Below, piece after piece: positions 39,588 through 49,519 of a stretch of DNA of 64,000 bases (positions are counted from its first letter, which is position 1; every line of letters starts with the position of its first letter). This DNA is from a bacterium (GTDB lineage Bacteria > UBA8248), in contig CBDATS010000004.1 in NCBI GenBank assembly GCA_965200245.1, positions 64,001-128,000 on the forward strand, in the 5' to 3' direction. The notes beneath the pieces were generated by a model. It did no database searches, was not told the DNA's origin, and saw only the letters and a program-made list of their open reading frames with translations. The translations under genes were made by a program, and so were the position numbers.

Positions 39588-40937
39588 ATGAATGTTCACG
39601 ATCTGAAAAGCTGGCTCGCCCGCCTCGACGAACGGGGTTCGCTCAAGCGCGTATCGCGCAGCGTATCCCTGCGCCATGAACTCGCCGCTCATTCCCAGAA
39701 TGCGGACGGCGATACCGCACTCCTCTTCGAGCGGACCGACGGCCCGCCGGTGCCCGTCGCCGCCAATATCGCCTGCAGAAGAGAATGGTACGCCGACGCC
39801 ATGAGAGTCGCACCCGAAGAGTTGCTCCGCGAGGTTCAGCGCAGACAGGAAATCAAGATGAAACCGCACACGGTCGCGGATGCGCCGTTTCTCCATAACG
39901 TCATCACGAAGAATATCGACGTTCAGAAAATCCTTCCTCTCCCCGTTTATCATGAACTGGACGGAGGCCCCTACATTTCCGCAGGGGTTTTTGTCGCACA
40001 GGATCCCGATTCCGGCACAGGCAACGTATCAATCCACAGGATGCACGCCCTGGAACCCGACCTCTTCGGCCTACTCGTTCTGCCACGTCATCTGAAGGGG
40101 ATGATCCGGCGTGCCGGGGAACGCGGAGAAACCCTCAAGGCGGCCGTCTGCGTGGGCCTCGACCCCTTGCTCCTGATGGCGAGTCAACTTGTACTCGCAC
40201 CCGGAGAAGACGAACTCGAAGTGGCGGGCGGGCTCAGGGGTCGTGCCGTGGATGTCGCCCCCGCTCCCTGGTCGGGGATTCCCGTGCCAGCGGGCACTGA
40301 AATCGTGATCGAAGGGGAAATTCCGCCGGATGAGCGCAGGCGCGAGGGGCCTTTCGGTGAATTCCCGCGCTATTACAGCCCGGCGGGGGAACGCGAGGTA
40401 TTCCGGGTGAAATCCATCGCCATGCGCGAGGATCCCGTCTTCTATTCCATCGTGGCGGCGGGTTACGACCATCTGCTGATGGGCGCCATTCCCAGAGAGG
40501 CGGGATTACTGCGGGACTTGCAGAAAGCCGTCCCGGCCGTGACAGACGTCGTGCTCCCCCTCTCCGGTGCGGGTCGTTTTCATTGCGTGGTCCAGATACG
40601 GAAAACCAACGAAGGGGAGGCGAAAAGCGCGCTCATGGCAGCGCTCGCCGCACACTACGACGTAAAGCACGCCATCTGCGTGGATCACGACATCAATATT
40701 CACAACCCGGCACAAGTCGACTGGGCACTGGCAACGCGCTTTCAGGCAGACAGAGATTTGTTTGTCGTTCCCGGCGCATGGGGCAGCCGTCTCGACCCCT
40801 CGGCCCGGGACGGCGTGACAGCAAAGATGGGTCTCGATGCCACTGCCCCGCTTGGAGAACTGGAAGGCCACTTCCGTTCTCTCAGAATTCCGGGCGCAGG
40901 GGACGCGGACTTCCAGACCAGACAGACCCGAACCTGA
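39588..40937 (+). CDS. UbiD-family (prFMN-dependent) decarboxylase
   Basis: DGGPYI, NVSIHR, EGPFGEF, WALATR, KMGLDAT. Confidence 0.92.
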   Translation: MNVHDLKSWLARLDERGSLKRVSRSVSLRHELAAHSQNADGDTALLFERTDGPPVPVAANIACRREWYADAMRVAPEELLREVQRRQEIKMKPHTVADAPFLHNVITKNIDVQKILPLPVYHELDGGPYISAGVFVAQDPDSGTGNVSIHRMHALEPDLFGLLVLPRHLKGMIRRAGERGETLKAAVCVGLDPLLLMASQLVLAPGEDELEVAGGLRGRAVDVAPAPWSGIPVPAGTEIVIEGEIPPDERRREGPFGEFPRYYSPAGEREVFRVKSIAMREDPVFYSIVAAGYDHLLMGAIPREAGLLRDLQKAVPAVTDVVLPLSGAGRFHCVVQIRKTNEGEAKSALMAALAAHYDVKHAICVDHDINIHNPAQVDWALATRFQADRDLFVVPGAWGSRLDPSARDGVTAKMGLDATAPLGELEGHFRSLRIPGAGDADFQTRQTRT

Positions 40938-40989
40938 ACAAACCTGCCGGTTTCAAAAAGATCCAAGGATGAAACGCCGGGAAACCACC

Positions 40990-41952
40990 CTACTCCAGGT
41001 TCAGATGCGGCAGTACTTCTTCCGTGAAACGATCGAGCTGGCCCATCTGATCACGGTGTGTGAAGCGCAGGGAAATGTGCTCGACTCCCGCATCGATGAA
41101 GGAGTTGATGCGCTCTATGAGGTCTCCTGCGGGACCGTAGGTGCCCCATTTTTCGATGGAATCGCCCCAGAAGGGAGTGTAGTAGTAATCGAGCAGGAAC
41201 GCCTCACCGTTTTTCATGGCCGATTCCTTGTTATCGTCGATGCAGGTCGTCATGTACCATGCGGGTGTTCCCGGATCGCGTCCGTTTTCCTCGGCGAGGC
41301 GGAAAATCTTTTTCCAGGTATTGCGGAATTCCTCGGGCGTTACACGGTTGGGGAACCACCCGTCCCCGTACTTCGCCACCCTTTGCCAAGCGGTGTCCAC
41401 CACGGCAGAAGCTATCCACATGGGTACGGTTTTCTGAATGGGCCTATGTGCAAGCGTCACATTCTCGATCTGGTAATACCGACCCTGATAAGTCACGTTC
41501 TCCTCTGTCCAGAGTCTCCGCATGAGCGTCATGTGCTCCTGCATGTAGAACATGCGCTTTCGGAAAGGCACACCCAGGGTCTCGAACTCATGGACGCATT
41601 CTTGGGGTTTCGGTGGACCGATGCCGACGCCGAGAATCACGCGGCCACCCGAGATGACGTCGAGCGTCGCCACCTGATAGGCAAGAAATACGGGATCTCT
41701 GAGACAGGGTAGGAAAACGGCGGTGCCCAGCTTTACGCGCTCGGTTCTCACGGCCACGGCGGACAGCACGCTGAGCGCTTCGAGCCTCGGCTTGGCGAGC
41801 ACCGAATCGCCTACGAACACCGAATCGTAGCCGAGTTCCTCTGCGCGCGTGGCCAAGTCGATTATGGGGCTGATGTCCGGGACGCCGGCGTTCCAGAGCA
41901 GTACGCCACGCGTGGGGAGAAGGACACCGAGTTTTACCCTTCGCTCGCTCAT
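40990..41952 (-). CDS. LLM-class flavin-dependent oxidoreductase
   Basis: LLPTR, DSVFVGDS, TERVKLGTAV, SGGRVILGVG, YGDGW. Confidence 0.9.
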   Translation of the reverse strand: MSERRVKLGVLLPTRGVLLWNAGVPDISPIIDLATRAEELGYDSVFVGDSVLAKPRLEALSVLSAVAVRTERVKLGTAVFLPCLRDPVFLAYQVATLDVISGGRVILGVGIGPPKPQECVHEFETLGVPFRKRMFYMQEHMTLMRRLWTEENVTYQGRYYQIENVTLAHRPIQKTVPMWIASAVVDTAWQRVAKYGDGWFPNRVTPEEFRNTWKKIFRLAEENGRDPGTPAWYMTTCIDDNKESAMKNGEAFLLDYYYTPFWGDSIEKWGTYGPAGDLIERINSFIDAGVEHISLRFTHRDQMGQLDRFTEEVLPHLNLE

Positions 41953-43343
41953 CCTGACATCTGGAGGCGGATGCCCGCGCTCTCGAGAATGCCGCGTACG
42001 CGCGCGCGTTGGGCATCGGTAATGTAGAGCCGCTCCGCGAAATCGCGGCCTGCGGGCTTGGTGGCGTCGATGCCGACTTTCGTGAGGGTATGATCCACGG
42101 GATCCGAGGTCGGGTCCAATATGGCGCCCATCGCCGCGTGGATAAAGTTGATGTCCTTGTCTGCGCGCGTTCGGGTGATGACCGCCCAGGCGACGTCGGA
42201 GAGATTGAAGATATCCACGTCTTCATCCACCACGACCACACACTTGCAGTAAAACTCCGTGCCCAGTGCCGCCATGATGGCCTGCTGGGGCTGGCCCTCG
42301 GCCGTTTTTTTCATCTGAACGATGGCCAACAGCGCGCCAGCCGTGTTCGATGGGACGTGTACGGCGGATACGCCCGGCAGGTTGCGTCTGAGCGTGTTGA
42401 GAATCTCCGCTTCACGGCTCACGCAGGAGATGAGAATGTGATCCGCCGACATGCCCGAGGCCACGCTGTGCAGCATGGCGTCTGCGCGCATCTGTACGCG
42501 CTTGACGACAAACACGTTCTGCGTGCTGCGGTAGGACGCATAGCCAGTGAACTCGCTGAAGGGTCCCTCCTCCTCGCGGACATCGTTCAGAATCTCTCCT
42601 TCCAGCACGATCTCCGCCCCCTCGGGCGCTTCCAAACCCGCCGTGCCGCATCTGGCTACGCGATAGGATTCTCCGAACAAGGCGCCGATGATCTCGTATT
42701 TCCGCACTCCCGGCGGGTAGTGATAGGCCATCGAACCCATGTAGTGCACCGGATGGATGCCGATGACGACCGCCGCAGGCAGAGGTTCGCCTGCGTCCTC
42801 GGCCTTCTTGTGGAAATGGTACATGCGCCGTCTCGAGTGCAGGGAGAGACCGAGCCTGTTCCTGCCCTTGAGTTGCAGGCGGTGGAAACCGGTCGTGTCA
42901 ACACCTGTTTCCAGGTCTCGCGCCACGATCTGGCCCGCCGTGATGTATGGAGCCGCATCCACGGGGAAATGGAACGGGATGGGCAGCTTGTAAAGATCCA
43001 CCTCGTCTTCTTCGAGCACGACTTCGCGCCAGGGAGCGTCCTCCACCACCTCCACGGACTGGTAATTCTGGCAGCGATCCTTGTACGCCGTCGGCAAATC
43101 GCCCGGCTCCACGTCGAGACAAGCCGCGAGGAGCGTCCGGTTGGCCGCAACGTTGGTGACGACCGAACCCTCGAAACCCTCCACGCGTTCGAAAACGATG
43201 ACGGGGTATCTGCCCGCGCGCTCGAACTCGAACACCGTGGGCGTTATGTCCTCCCTGCCGACGGGCTCCTTGATGCGCACCAACTCTTCAGGGTGGTTTC
43301 GCTCCACCATTGCCAGGAAACCCCGCAGGCTTTGGTCCACCAT
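41949..43343 (-). CDS. UbiD-family decarboxylase
   Basis: DAAPYITAG, GFHR, EGPFSEF, VVDEDVD, KVGIDAT. Confidence 0.92.
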   Translation of the reverse strand: MVDQSLRGFLAMVERNHPEELVRIKEPVGREDITPTVFEFERAGRYPVIVFERVEGFEGSVVTNVAANRTLLAACLDVEPGDLPTAYKDRCQNYQSVEVVEDAPWREVVLEEDEVDLYKLPIPFHFPVDAAPYITAGQIVARDLETGVDTTGFHRLQLKGRNRLGLSLHSRRRMYHFHKKAEDAGEPLPAAVVIGIHPVHYMGSMAYHYPPGVRKYEIIGALFGESYRVARCGTAGLEAPEGAEIVLEGEILNDVREEEGPFSEFTGYASYRSTQNVFVVKRVQMRADAMLHSVASGMSADHILISCVSREAEILNTLRRNLPGVSAVHVPSNTAGALLAIVQMKKTAEGQPQQAIMAALGTEFYCKCVVVVDEDVDIFNLSDVAWAVITRTRADKDINFIHAAMGAILDPTSDPVDHTLTKVGIDATKPAGRDFAERLYITDAQRARVRGILESAGIRLQMSG

Positions 43344-43354
43344 CTCGGGCGCCT

Positions 43355-44146
43355 TTACCTGGCCCAGGAGCCGCGATCCGTATAGGGATTGTCAAGAGGC
43401 GGCAAGGGGGGAGCACCGTCGCGGGGCGGCTCCTCGTCCCAGAATTCGATGGCGATAACGCGTGCGGGTGCACCCTCGGTGTCCTTGAGCTTCACCGCGC
43501 CCGTGACGAGCAGGACACGTTCTTTCTGGATGGCGCCCATGTTCGTGCACCACTCGATAAGGCATATTCCACGCTCCAGGAACTTGATATGGTTGGGACT
43601 CCAGTTCGGAGCGGGCCACTTGCGTTCCTCGGGCGGATAGAGCGGGGAGTCGCACGTCATGAAATCCTGGACGAGTGCCTTGATCCCTTTGTCGATGAGC
43701 CAATCGGCCGCGTCGGTTGAGAGATAGACCATGTGCTCCCAGAAATCGCGAGAACCCCACATGCGGTCAGTCCATTCCGTGCTGACGATGGCGATATCGC
43801 CGGGGCGCACCTCCACGCCCGTGGCTTCCAGATCCTCGGCCGTAACGGATTCGGAGTTGCCCTTGCCCGGCACCTTGATCACGCAGGCGTCGCCGCATAC
43901 GTGATCGAGGGGTAACTCGTCGTTCTTCAGCCCGTCGTGGAAAAAATGGTAGGGCGCGTCATAGTGCGTGTAGCTCTGCGTGGTCGTGGTGAAGCCGAAG
44001 TTGCAAATATGGTCCACATCCAGCGTCGCGATGGGGGTGATGGTCGTGCCCGGAGCCGGCTTGTCATAAATCTCGTCTCGCGGAAACTGAACGTAGGTGT
44101 CCTCCGGATCGACGGTAAGTGTGAGATCGACGAAGCGGTACGGCAT
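43355..44146 (-). CDS. Cyclase family (kynurenine formamidase/isatin hydrolase-like) metal hydrolase
   Basis: FVDLT, THYDAPYHF, LIEW, EGAPARVIA. Confidence 0.85.
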   Translation of the reverse strand: MPYRFVDLTLTVDPEDTYVQFPRDEIYDKPAPGTTITPIATLDVDHICNFGFTTTTQSYTHYDAPYHFFHDGLKNDELPLDHVCGDACVIKVPGKGNSESVTAEDLEATGVEVRPGDIAIVSTEWTDRMWGSRDFWEHMVYLSTDAADWLIDKGIKALVQDFMTCDSPLYPPEERKWPAPNWSPNHIKFLERGICLIEWCTNMGAIQKERVLLVTGAVKLKDTEGAPARVIAIEFWDEEPPRDGAPPLPPLDNPYTDRGSWAR

Positions 44147-44184
44147 GACTTTTCCCCTGTCGGAGCAAACGGAATTTGAAATGG

Positions 44185-44224
44185 AAGCTCCCGCCACACA
44201 TCCCCGGATGAGCGGCGGGAGTTG
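44185..44224 (-). terminator. Hairpin after the TAXI gene
   Basis: CTCCCGCC...GGCGGGAG inverted repeat in the intergenic region. Confidence 0.4.
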
Positions 44225-44306
44225 AACCCTGGTTCACAAAGCGATATCTGTTCTCGCAACGTGCCTTTTCAGGCAAGGGAGCACATCCCCCGCCGATTGA
44301 GGAAAA

Positions 44307-45284
44307 CTAATTCCAGCCCTTCTCCTTGCAGTAGCGGGCCGCGCCGTCATGAAACGGTACGCCCACCTGCGCTTGCTTACAACCGGTTTTCGCCGGGTCG
44401 AAGTTCCTTAGACCCTTATGCCCCGCGCGCAAGTCCTTCACGTTGTCCAGCAGGGCTTTCACAATATTGTACGCCGCCTTGTTACTCAGGGCAGTGGAGG
44501 CGATGACCGCGGTAGTGAAGCCGAACGTGTCCTTGGGTTTCGCCTGTCCCGGAAAGGTCTTGGCCGGCAAGCTGGCTTTCAGGAAGCCGATGCCCAGGAG
44601 CTTGTCCCGGAATTTATCGGCGACGCCCAGGAATTTCAGTTTTTTCTGAACCGCAATCGAGGTGAGCGCCGGATGACCCGCGTTCACGGTGTGGCTCAGC
44701 ATATCGGCCTGGCCGTCCTTCATCCGGCTCTTGATGGCCCCGAAGCCGGTGTGCGTGACCGAACCGCCCATCTTCTTGATGGCATCATAGGTAATACCGT
44801 GCGCTTCGAGCATCGCACGTGTGGCCCACTGACCCAGTCCGCCACGCGGAACTGTGACGTAGTTCACAGGCACTTTCTTCAGGTCGAGAATGTCGTTCAC
44901 CTTGGGGTTCGTGGTGACAATCCCAAGGTAGTACTGGTCAAGGCCACCGATCAGCCCGCGCAGGTTGTTGTAGGGTTTCTTGTAGGCCACCTTGCCCTGA
45001 TACGCCCAGGACGCTGCCACACTGAAGGTGAGTCCCATGTTGAATTTGCCGGTGCCGACCAGCTTGGGGTTGCCCACGCCGCCACCTTTGGAGAGGGCGT
45101 CGATCTGAACGCCCACTTTCGCGTTGTTCACGATGTTCGCCATGGTAGCCGAGTAGACGTGCCAGCCGCTGCCTTTTTTCCAGCTGCCCATGGTGAGGCG
45201 GTCCGCCGCCTCGGCCTGAACGGCCACGAATGAGCCGATGGTCATCGCAAGAACGACAACCATTTTCCAAGGTGTACGCTTCAT
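44307..45284 (-). CDS. TAXI-family TRAP transporter solute-binding protein
   Basis: Signal peptide; GGGVGN, AYQG, VPFHDGAARY. Confidence 0.9.
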   Translation of the reverse strand: MKRTPWKMVVVLAMTIGSFVAVQAEAADRLTMGSWKKGSGWHVYSATMANIVNNAKVGVQIDALSKGGGVGNPKLVGTGKFNMGLTFSVAASWAYQGKVAYKKPYNNLRGLIGGLDQYYLGIVTTNPKVNDILDLKKVPVNYVTVPRGGLGQWATRAMLEAHGITYDAIKKMGGSVTHTGFGAIKSRMKDGQADMLSHTVNAGHPALTSIAVQKKLKFLGVADKFRDKLLGIGFLKASLPAKTFPGQAKPKDTFGFTTAVIASTALSNKAAYNIVKALLDNVKDLRAGHKGLRNFDPAKTGCKQAQVGVPFHDGAARYCKEKGWN

Positions 45285-45342
45285 GCTGAAATCTCCTCTG
45301 TTGGAAATACCACGAATAGTTTCGCCTGTATTGCGTTATCCA

Positions 45343-47214
45343 CTATGAAGTCGGATCCACCAGACCCATGTCTAACGCGCCTTTCTTCGCACGCACCAGA
45401 TGCCGCCAGAAAACAATGACCAGCAATACAGAGCCGATGACGTCCGTCAGTTTCTCGGGAACGATCAGCCCCAGACAACAGATGAAGAAGACCACCCGCT
45501 CCCAACCCGCCAGGGGAATCGATATATGCCCGGTAATCGCCGCCGCCAGGGCTGCTACCCCGATAATGCAGGTGATCGACACCCAGAGCGTCTCGCCGAG
45601 CGAGCCGATGAACAGCATGGATGGATTATATACGAACGCGAAGGGAATAAGAAATCCCGCCAAAGAGAGTTGAAACGCCTTCCAGCCCGTGGCGGTCAGA
45701 TCCGATTCGGCCACGCCCGAGGCGACATAGGCCGAGAGTGCCACCGGCGGCGTCAGCATCGAGAGTATGGCGAAATAGTAGATGAACATGTGCGCCGCCA
45801 GAACGGGGAGGCCCAGCTTGAAGAGTGCAGGCCCCAGAAGCGTGCCGGCCATGATATAGGCGGCGGCTGTGGGCATTCCCATGCCCATGATGACGCAGCC
45901 GATGAGCGTGAGGCCCAATGCAGGCAGAATCATGCCGCCCGAGATATTGACGATGAGGCCCGAGAATTTGAGGCCGATTCCCGTATCGTCCACCACGCCG
46001 ACCACGACACCTGCGATAGCGCAGGGAATAGCGACGGGGACCGTCATACGACCGGCCTTCTCGAGCGCTTCGATTATCTTTTCAAACCCCATACGGGTCG
46101 ACTTCCGCACCCAACTGAGCACCACTACGCCGATGGCCGCCGAGGTGGCCGACCACATGAGCGTAAAGCCCGCGACCATGTAGCCCAAGAGCAGGATGAT
46201 CGGAAAGAGCAGGAGGCCGCGCTCCAGGAGGATGCTCTTGAGTTTGGGCATCTCGTCTTTGCTCAATCCCTTCAAGTCCAGCTTCTTCGCTTCCAGATCC
46301 ACCATAAAGAACAGCGAGACGTAGTAGATGATGGCCGGAATGGCCGCCGCACCCGCTACCCTCAAGTAAGGTGTGCCCGTCATGTCCGCCAGGATGAAGG
46401 CCCCCGCCCCCATGATGGGAGGCATGAGTTGCCCGCCTGTGGAAGCTACCGCTTCCACCGCGCCCGCGTAATGAGGGGCGAAGCCCAGGCGCTTCATCAG
46501 CGGGATGGTGAAGATGCCGGTTCCCACGACGTTCGCTGTCGCGCTTCCGCTGATGGTTCCCATAAGGCTGCTGCTCACGATTGCCGCCTTGGCCGGACCT
46601 CCTCTGAACGAACCGGTGAGCCGGATGGCCAGATCGATGAACATGCGCCCGCCGCCCGAGACCTCGAGCGCCGCCGAGAAGAGCACGAAATAGAACACCA
46701 CCTCGACGCTCACGCCCAGCGGAACGCCGAGAAGGCCCTCGACACCCAGGATTTGAAACTCGATAAACTCGGTCAACAGGATGAAGCGGTGCCCCAAGGC
46801 ACCCGGTATCAGGTGACCCAGAAAATTATAGACCAGCGCCACGACGGCGACCGAGGTAACGCCCCAGCCGAGATAACGCCTCGAGGCCTCGACGGTCAGG
46901 AGGATGTAGGCGAGACCCAGATAGATATAGCGCGGGGGCACCTCGTCCACGTCTCGGATACGTTCGTTCAGGAAATCCCATTCCCACAGGTAGAGCAGCG
47001 CGATGCACATGGCGAGGACGGTCAGGACGTAATCGACCACGCCGACGCGGCCTTCCTTGCGAAACGGCTTTGTTAAAAAAACGATACCAAGCGCGAAACT
47101 CAGGTGGAGGGGTCTGGAAGTAAAGACGTGAAGCATCCCGAAAAAAGCCCAGTAAAGCTGGATAACGGACCAGACAATGGCCAACAGAGCGACCGGGCTC
47201 AGGAAACGTTTCAT
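45343..47214 (-). CDS. TRAP transporter fused 4TM/12TM permease
   Basis: GGPAKAA, SGSATAN, EAVASTGGQLMPPIMGAGAF, GMGMPT, TPPVA. Confidence 0.93.
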   Translation of the reverse strand: MKRFLSPVALLAIVWSVIQLYWAFFGMLHVFTSRPLHLSFALGIVFLTKPFRKEGRVGVVDYVLTVLAMCIALLYLWEWDFLNERIRDVDEVPPRYIYLGLAYILLTVEASRRYLGWGVTSVAVVALVYNFLGHLIPGALGHRFILLTEFIEFQILGVEGLLGVPLGVSVEVVFYFVLFSAALEVSGGGRMFIDLAIRLTGSFRGGPAKAAIVSSSLMGTISGSATANVVGTGIFTIPLMKRLGFAPHYAGAVEAVASTGGQLMPPIMGAGAFILADMTGTPYLRVAGAAAIPAIIYYVSLFFMVDLEAKKLDLKGLSKDEMPKLKSILLERGLLLFPIILLLGYMVAGFTLMWSATSAAIGVVVLSWVRKSTRMGFEKIIEALEKAGRMTVPVAIPCAIAGVVVGVVDDTGIGLKFSGLIVNISGGMILPALGLTLIGCVIMGMGMPTAAAYIMAGTLLGPALFKLGLPVLAAHMFIYYFAILSMLTPPVALSAYVASGVAESDLTATGWKAFQLSLAGFLIPFAFVYNPSMLFIGSLGETLWVSITCIIGVAALAAAITGHISIPLAGWERVVFFICCLGLIVPEKLTDVIGSVLLVIVFWRHLVRAKKGALDMGLVDPTS

Positions 47215-47365
47215 GGAGTTCCTGCCCTCAATTAAGACCGTTTTCACGGTCATGCGTCAGACGTTCGAGGAAGCGTCTCACATGATAATGACGAGCGCAT
47301 TGCAAGCGCACAGAATCCATACTTGTTTCGCGGGCGAATTCATCCCCCTCCATGCGGCACCCGAC

Positions 47366-48550
47366 TCACTCCGCCCACGGGCGCGTGGTCGTCGTCGTGA
47401 GGAGTTCGCATCCATCGTCCGTCACGAGCACCATCTGTTCGATGTTCGTTCCCCCCAACTCGGGCAGCACGAACTGTGGCTCCACGCAAAGCACCATGTT
47501 GCGCTCGAGCACCATCTCGTTATCGGGCCGGATGATGGGCGCCTCCACGGTTTCGAGACCGATGCCGTGCCCCGCCATGGGGAAGAGAAACTGTCCCGCC
47601 CCGTTCGCGTTGGCATCCAGAAACCGGCTCGCGGCCGCGTGAATTTCGGAAGCTCTTGCGCCCGCTCGAACCGCGCCCATCGACGTTTCTGAAGTCGCGA
47701 TGGTCAACTCGAGCATCTCCTCTACGCCCCTTTCAAGCTTCCTGCCCGGAACCACGGAGGTTCGGTTGACGTCGAACCCGTAGCCCTCCACAGCACCCAC
47801 GTAATCGAAGCGAATCAAGTCGCCCGCCTCCAGTTTTCTTTGCGTCGCCTGCGGCCAGCGCGAGCCCCAACTCGACCACGGACCACTGTGAACACGGACG
47901 TAACGCACGAAATCTGCACCTGCGCGCATGCCCGCCGCGTGACCTTCAGCGCACAAGTCGCTCTCCCGTACGCCGGGGCGGACCGCGTCGAACATGGCGG
48001 CGTAGCCCGCTTCTACGATTTCCGCCGCGCGCTTCAAATAAGCGACCTCGGTCTCGCTTTTTCTCGCGCGGAGTTGTTCCACCAGGGCGTTCGCGTTCGA
48101 GAATAGTGCATCGGGGAGTGCGGAGATCAGGTCGATATACATCGTGGCCGGCATGATGTCCTCACCGGCAACGCCCACCCGGGCGCGCTCCGCTCCCAGA
48201 CGCTTGAGTTGGTTCACCATGCCAGCGGAGATATTCGCCTCAACCTGCACCTTTTGGACGTGCACCATCTCGCGGCGATAGTTGCGATGATCCACGAAGA
48301 GGAGAGGCTCTTCTTCAATCGGCAAGACGAGCACCCCATGGCCCATTCCCCGGACCGTCTTGCTGAACGCGCCCGGAGGAAACGGCGGAAAATGGTTCGT
48401 GAGATAGGTCAGGCTCCCCATGCGATCATAAAAGGAACGCCCGATGACGAGGAGCACATCAAGTCCCGCCTCGCGCATGAGGCCACGCGCGTCCGAAATC
48501 CTCTGGCCAACTTCCTCCCGGGAAGCGCCCGTTCCGTTCTCCAGGACCAT
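47366..48550 (-). CDS. M24 (Xaa-Pro peptidase/creatinase fold) hydrolase
   Basis: RARKSETE, D..G.VEGY..D..RT, GHGIGL, CVEP, IEQMVLVT. Confidence 0.88.
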   Translation of the reverse strand: MVLENGTGASREEVGQRISDARGLMREAGLDVLLVIGRSFYDRMGSLTYLTNHFPPFPPGAFSKTVRGMGHGVLVLPIEEEPLLFVDHRNYRREMVHVQKVQVEANISAGMVNQLKRLGAERARVGVAGEDIMPATMYIDLISALPDALFSNANALVEQLRARKSETEVAYLKRAAEIVEAGYAAMFDAVRPGVRESDLCAEGHAAGMRAGADFVRYVRVHSGPWSSWGSRWPQATQRKLEAGDLIRFDYVGAVEGYGFDVNRTSVVPGRKLERGVEEMLELTIATSETSMGAVRAGARASEIHAAASRFLDANANGAGQFLFPMAGHGIGLETVEAPIIRPDNEMVLERNMVLCVEPQFVLPELGGTNIEQMVLVTDDGCELLTTTTTRPWAE

Positions 48551-49519
48551 CTACCTGAACCTCGGCAAGAGTTCCGAGACAAAATTCTCAAGCTGCTCTT
48601 CCTGGCTGCCGCCTGCGAAGCGAACGACAAAGACACGCGCTCCTTGCGCCGCGTATTCTCTTAGTTCCTCCTCCACGCGGTCCCCATCCCCGGCGACGAC
48701 GAGGAGTTGTTTTCGCACCTCATCGAAGGTCTTGTGGTAGTATTTCGAGAGAAATTCCCCGCATTGCGCCTCGGCCTTCGCACCGTCGGGATTGATGTTC
48801 ATCGTGACGTATAGACACTGGGGAATGCTCTTCACCTGCTCGGTCCTGCCGAATTCTTCGGCATAAGTTAGAATCTTCTCCCAGCACTGGCGGTAGAGAT
48901 CCGCCGTGATGGAGTTCGTAATCCAGCCGTCTGCGAAGCGCGCCACACGCCTCAACCCTGAATCCACCAGATTGCTCGAGAGCCAGACAGGCGGGCCACC
49001 GGTGGTTTTGGGCCTCGGTTCGAGCGTCACGCCCTCGAATGAGAAATGCTTGCCTGCATAATCCGCACGGGACTCGCGCAGGAGGAGTTTGAGTATCTCC
49101 ATGGTCTCGGAAAAACGGCGGGCGCGCTCGTTCAACGGCACGCCGATGGTCTCGAACTCGAACTTCAGGTCCGTACGACCTACACCCAGACCGGGGAGGA
49201 CGCGCCCGGGGAACATGCAATCGAGAGTGCTTATCGACTGGGCGAGCATAACCGGATGCCGGAGCACAGCCAGCATGACCGCCGTGCCCACTTGTACGCG
49301 CTCGGTGGAGGCGAGAACCGCCGCCCACGTCGTGAAACTCTCCATGCGCGGCTTGGCCAGCACGCTGTCGCCGAGCCACACGGAGTCGAGGCCCAGATGC
49401 TCAGCTTTTTTCGCCAAAGTAAATATGGGGTCGGTGTCCGGTACTTCGCCCGCCGCCGCCACGACGACGCCGCGCGTGGGCAGCAAATAGCCGAAATGAA
49501 AGTTTCCCGCCTTGCTCAT
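48551..49519 (-). CDS. LLM-class flavin-dependent oxidoreductase (paralog of 40990..41952)
   Basis: LLPTRG, DSVWLGDSVLAKPR, TERVQVGTAV, FADGW. Confidence 0.9.
   Translation of the reverse strand: MSKAGNFHFGYLLPTRGVVVAAAGEVPDTDPIFTLAKKAEHLGLDSVWLGDSVLAKPRMESFTTWAAVLASTERVQVGTAVMLAVLRHPVMLAQSISTLDCMFPGRVLPGLGVGRTDLKFEFETIGVPLNERARRFSETMEILKLLLRESRADYAGKHFSFEGVTLEPRPKTTGGPPVWLSSNLVDSGLRRVARFADGWITNSITADLYRQCWEKILTYAEEFGRTEQVKSIPQCLYVTMNINPDGAKAEAQCGEFLSKYYHKTFDEVRKQLLVVAGDGDRVEEELREYAAQGARVFVVRFAGGSQEEQLENFVSELLPRFR

Noticed and set aside
35827-47076. Long plus-strand ORFs such as 35827..37425, 42009..43385 and 45400..47076
   Set aside because: Antisense to well-supported minus-strand genes; no motifs of their own.
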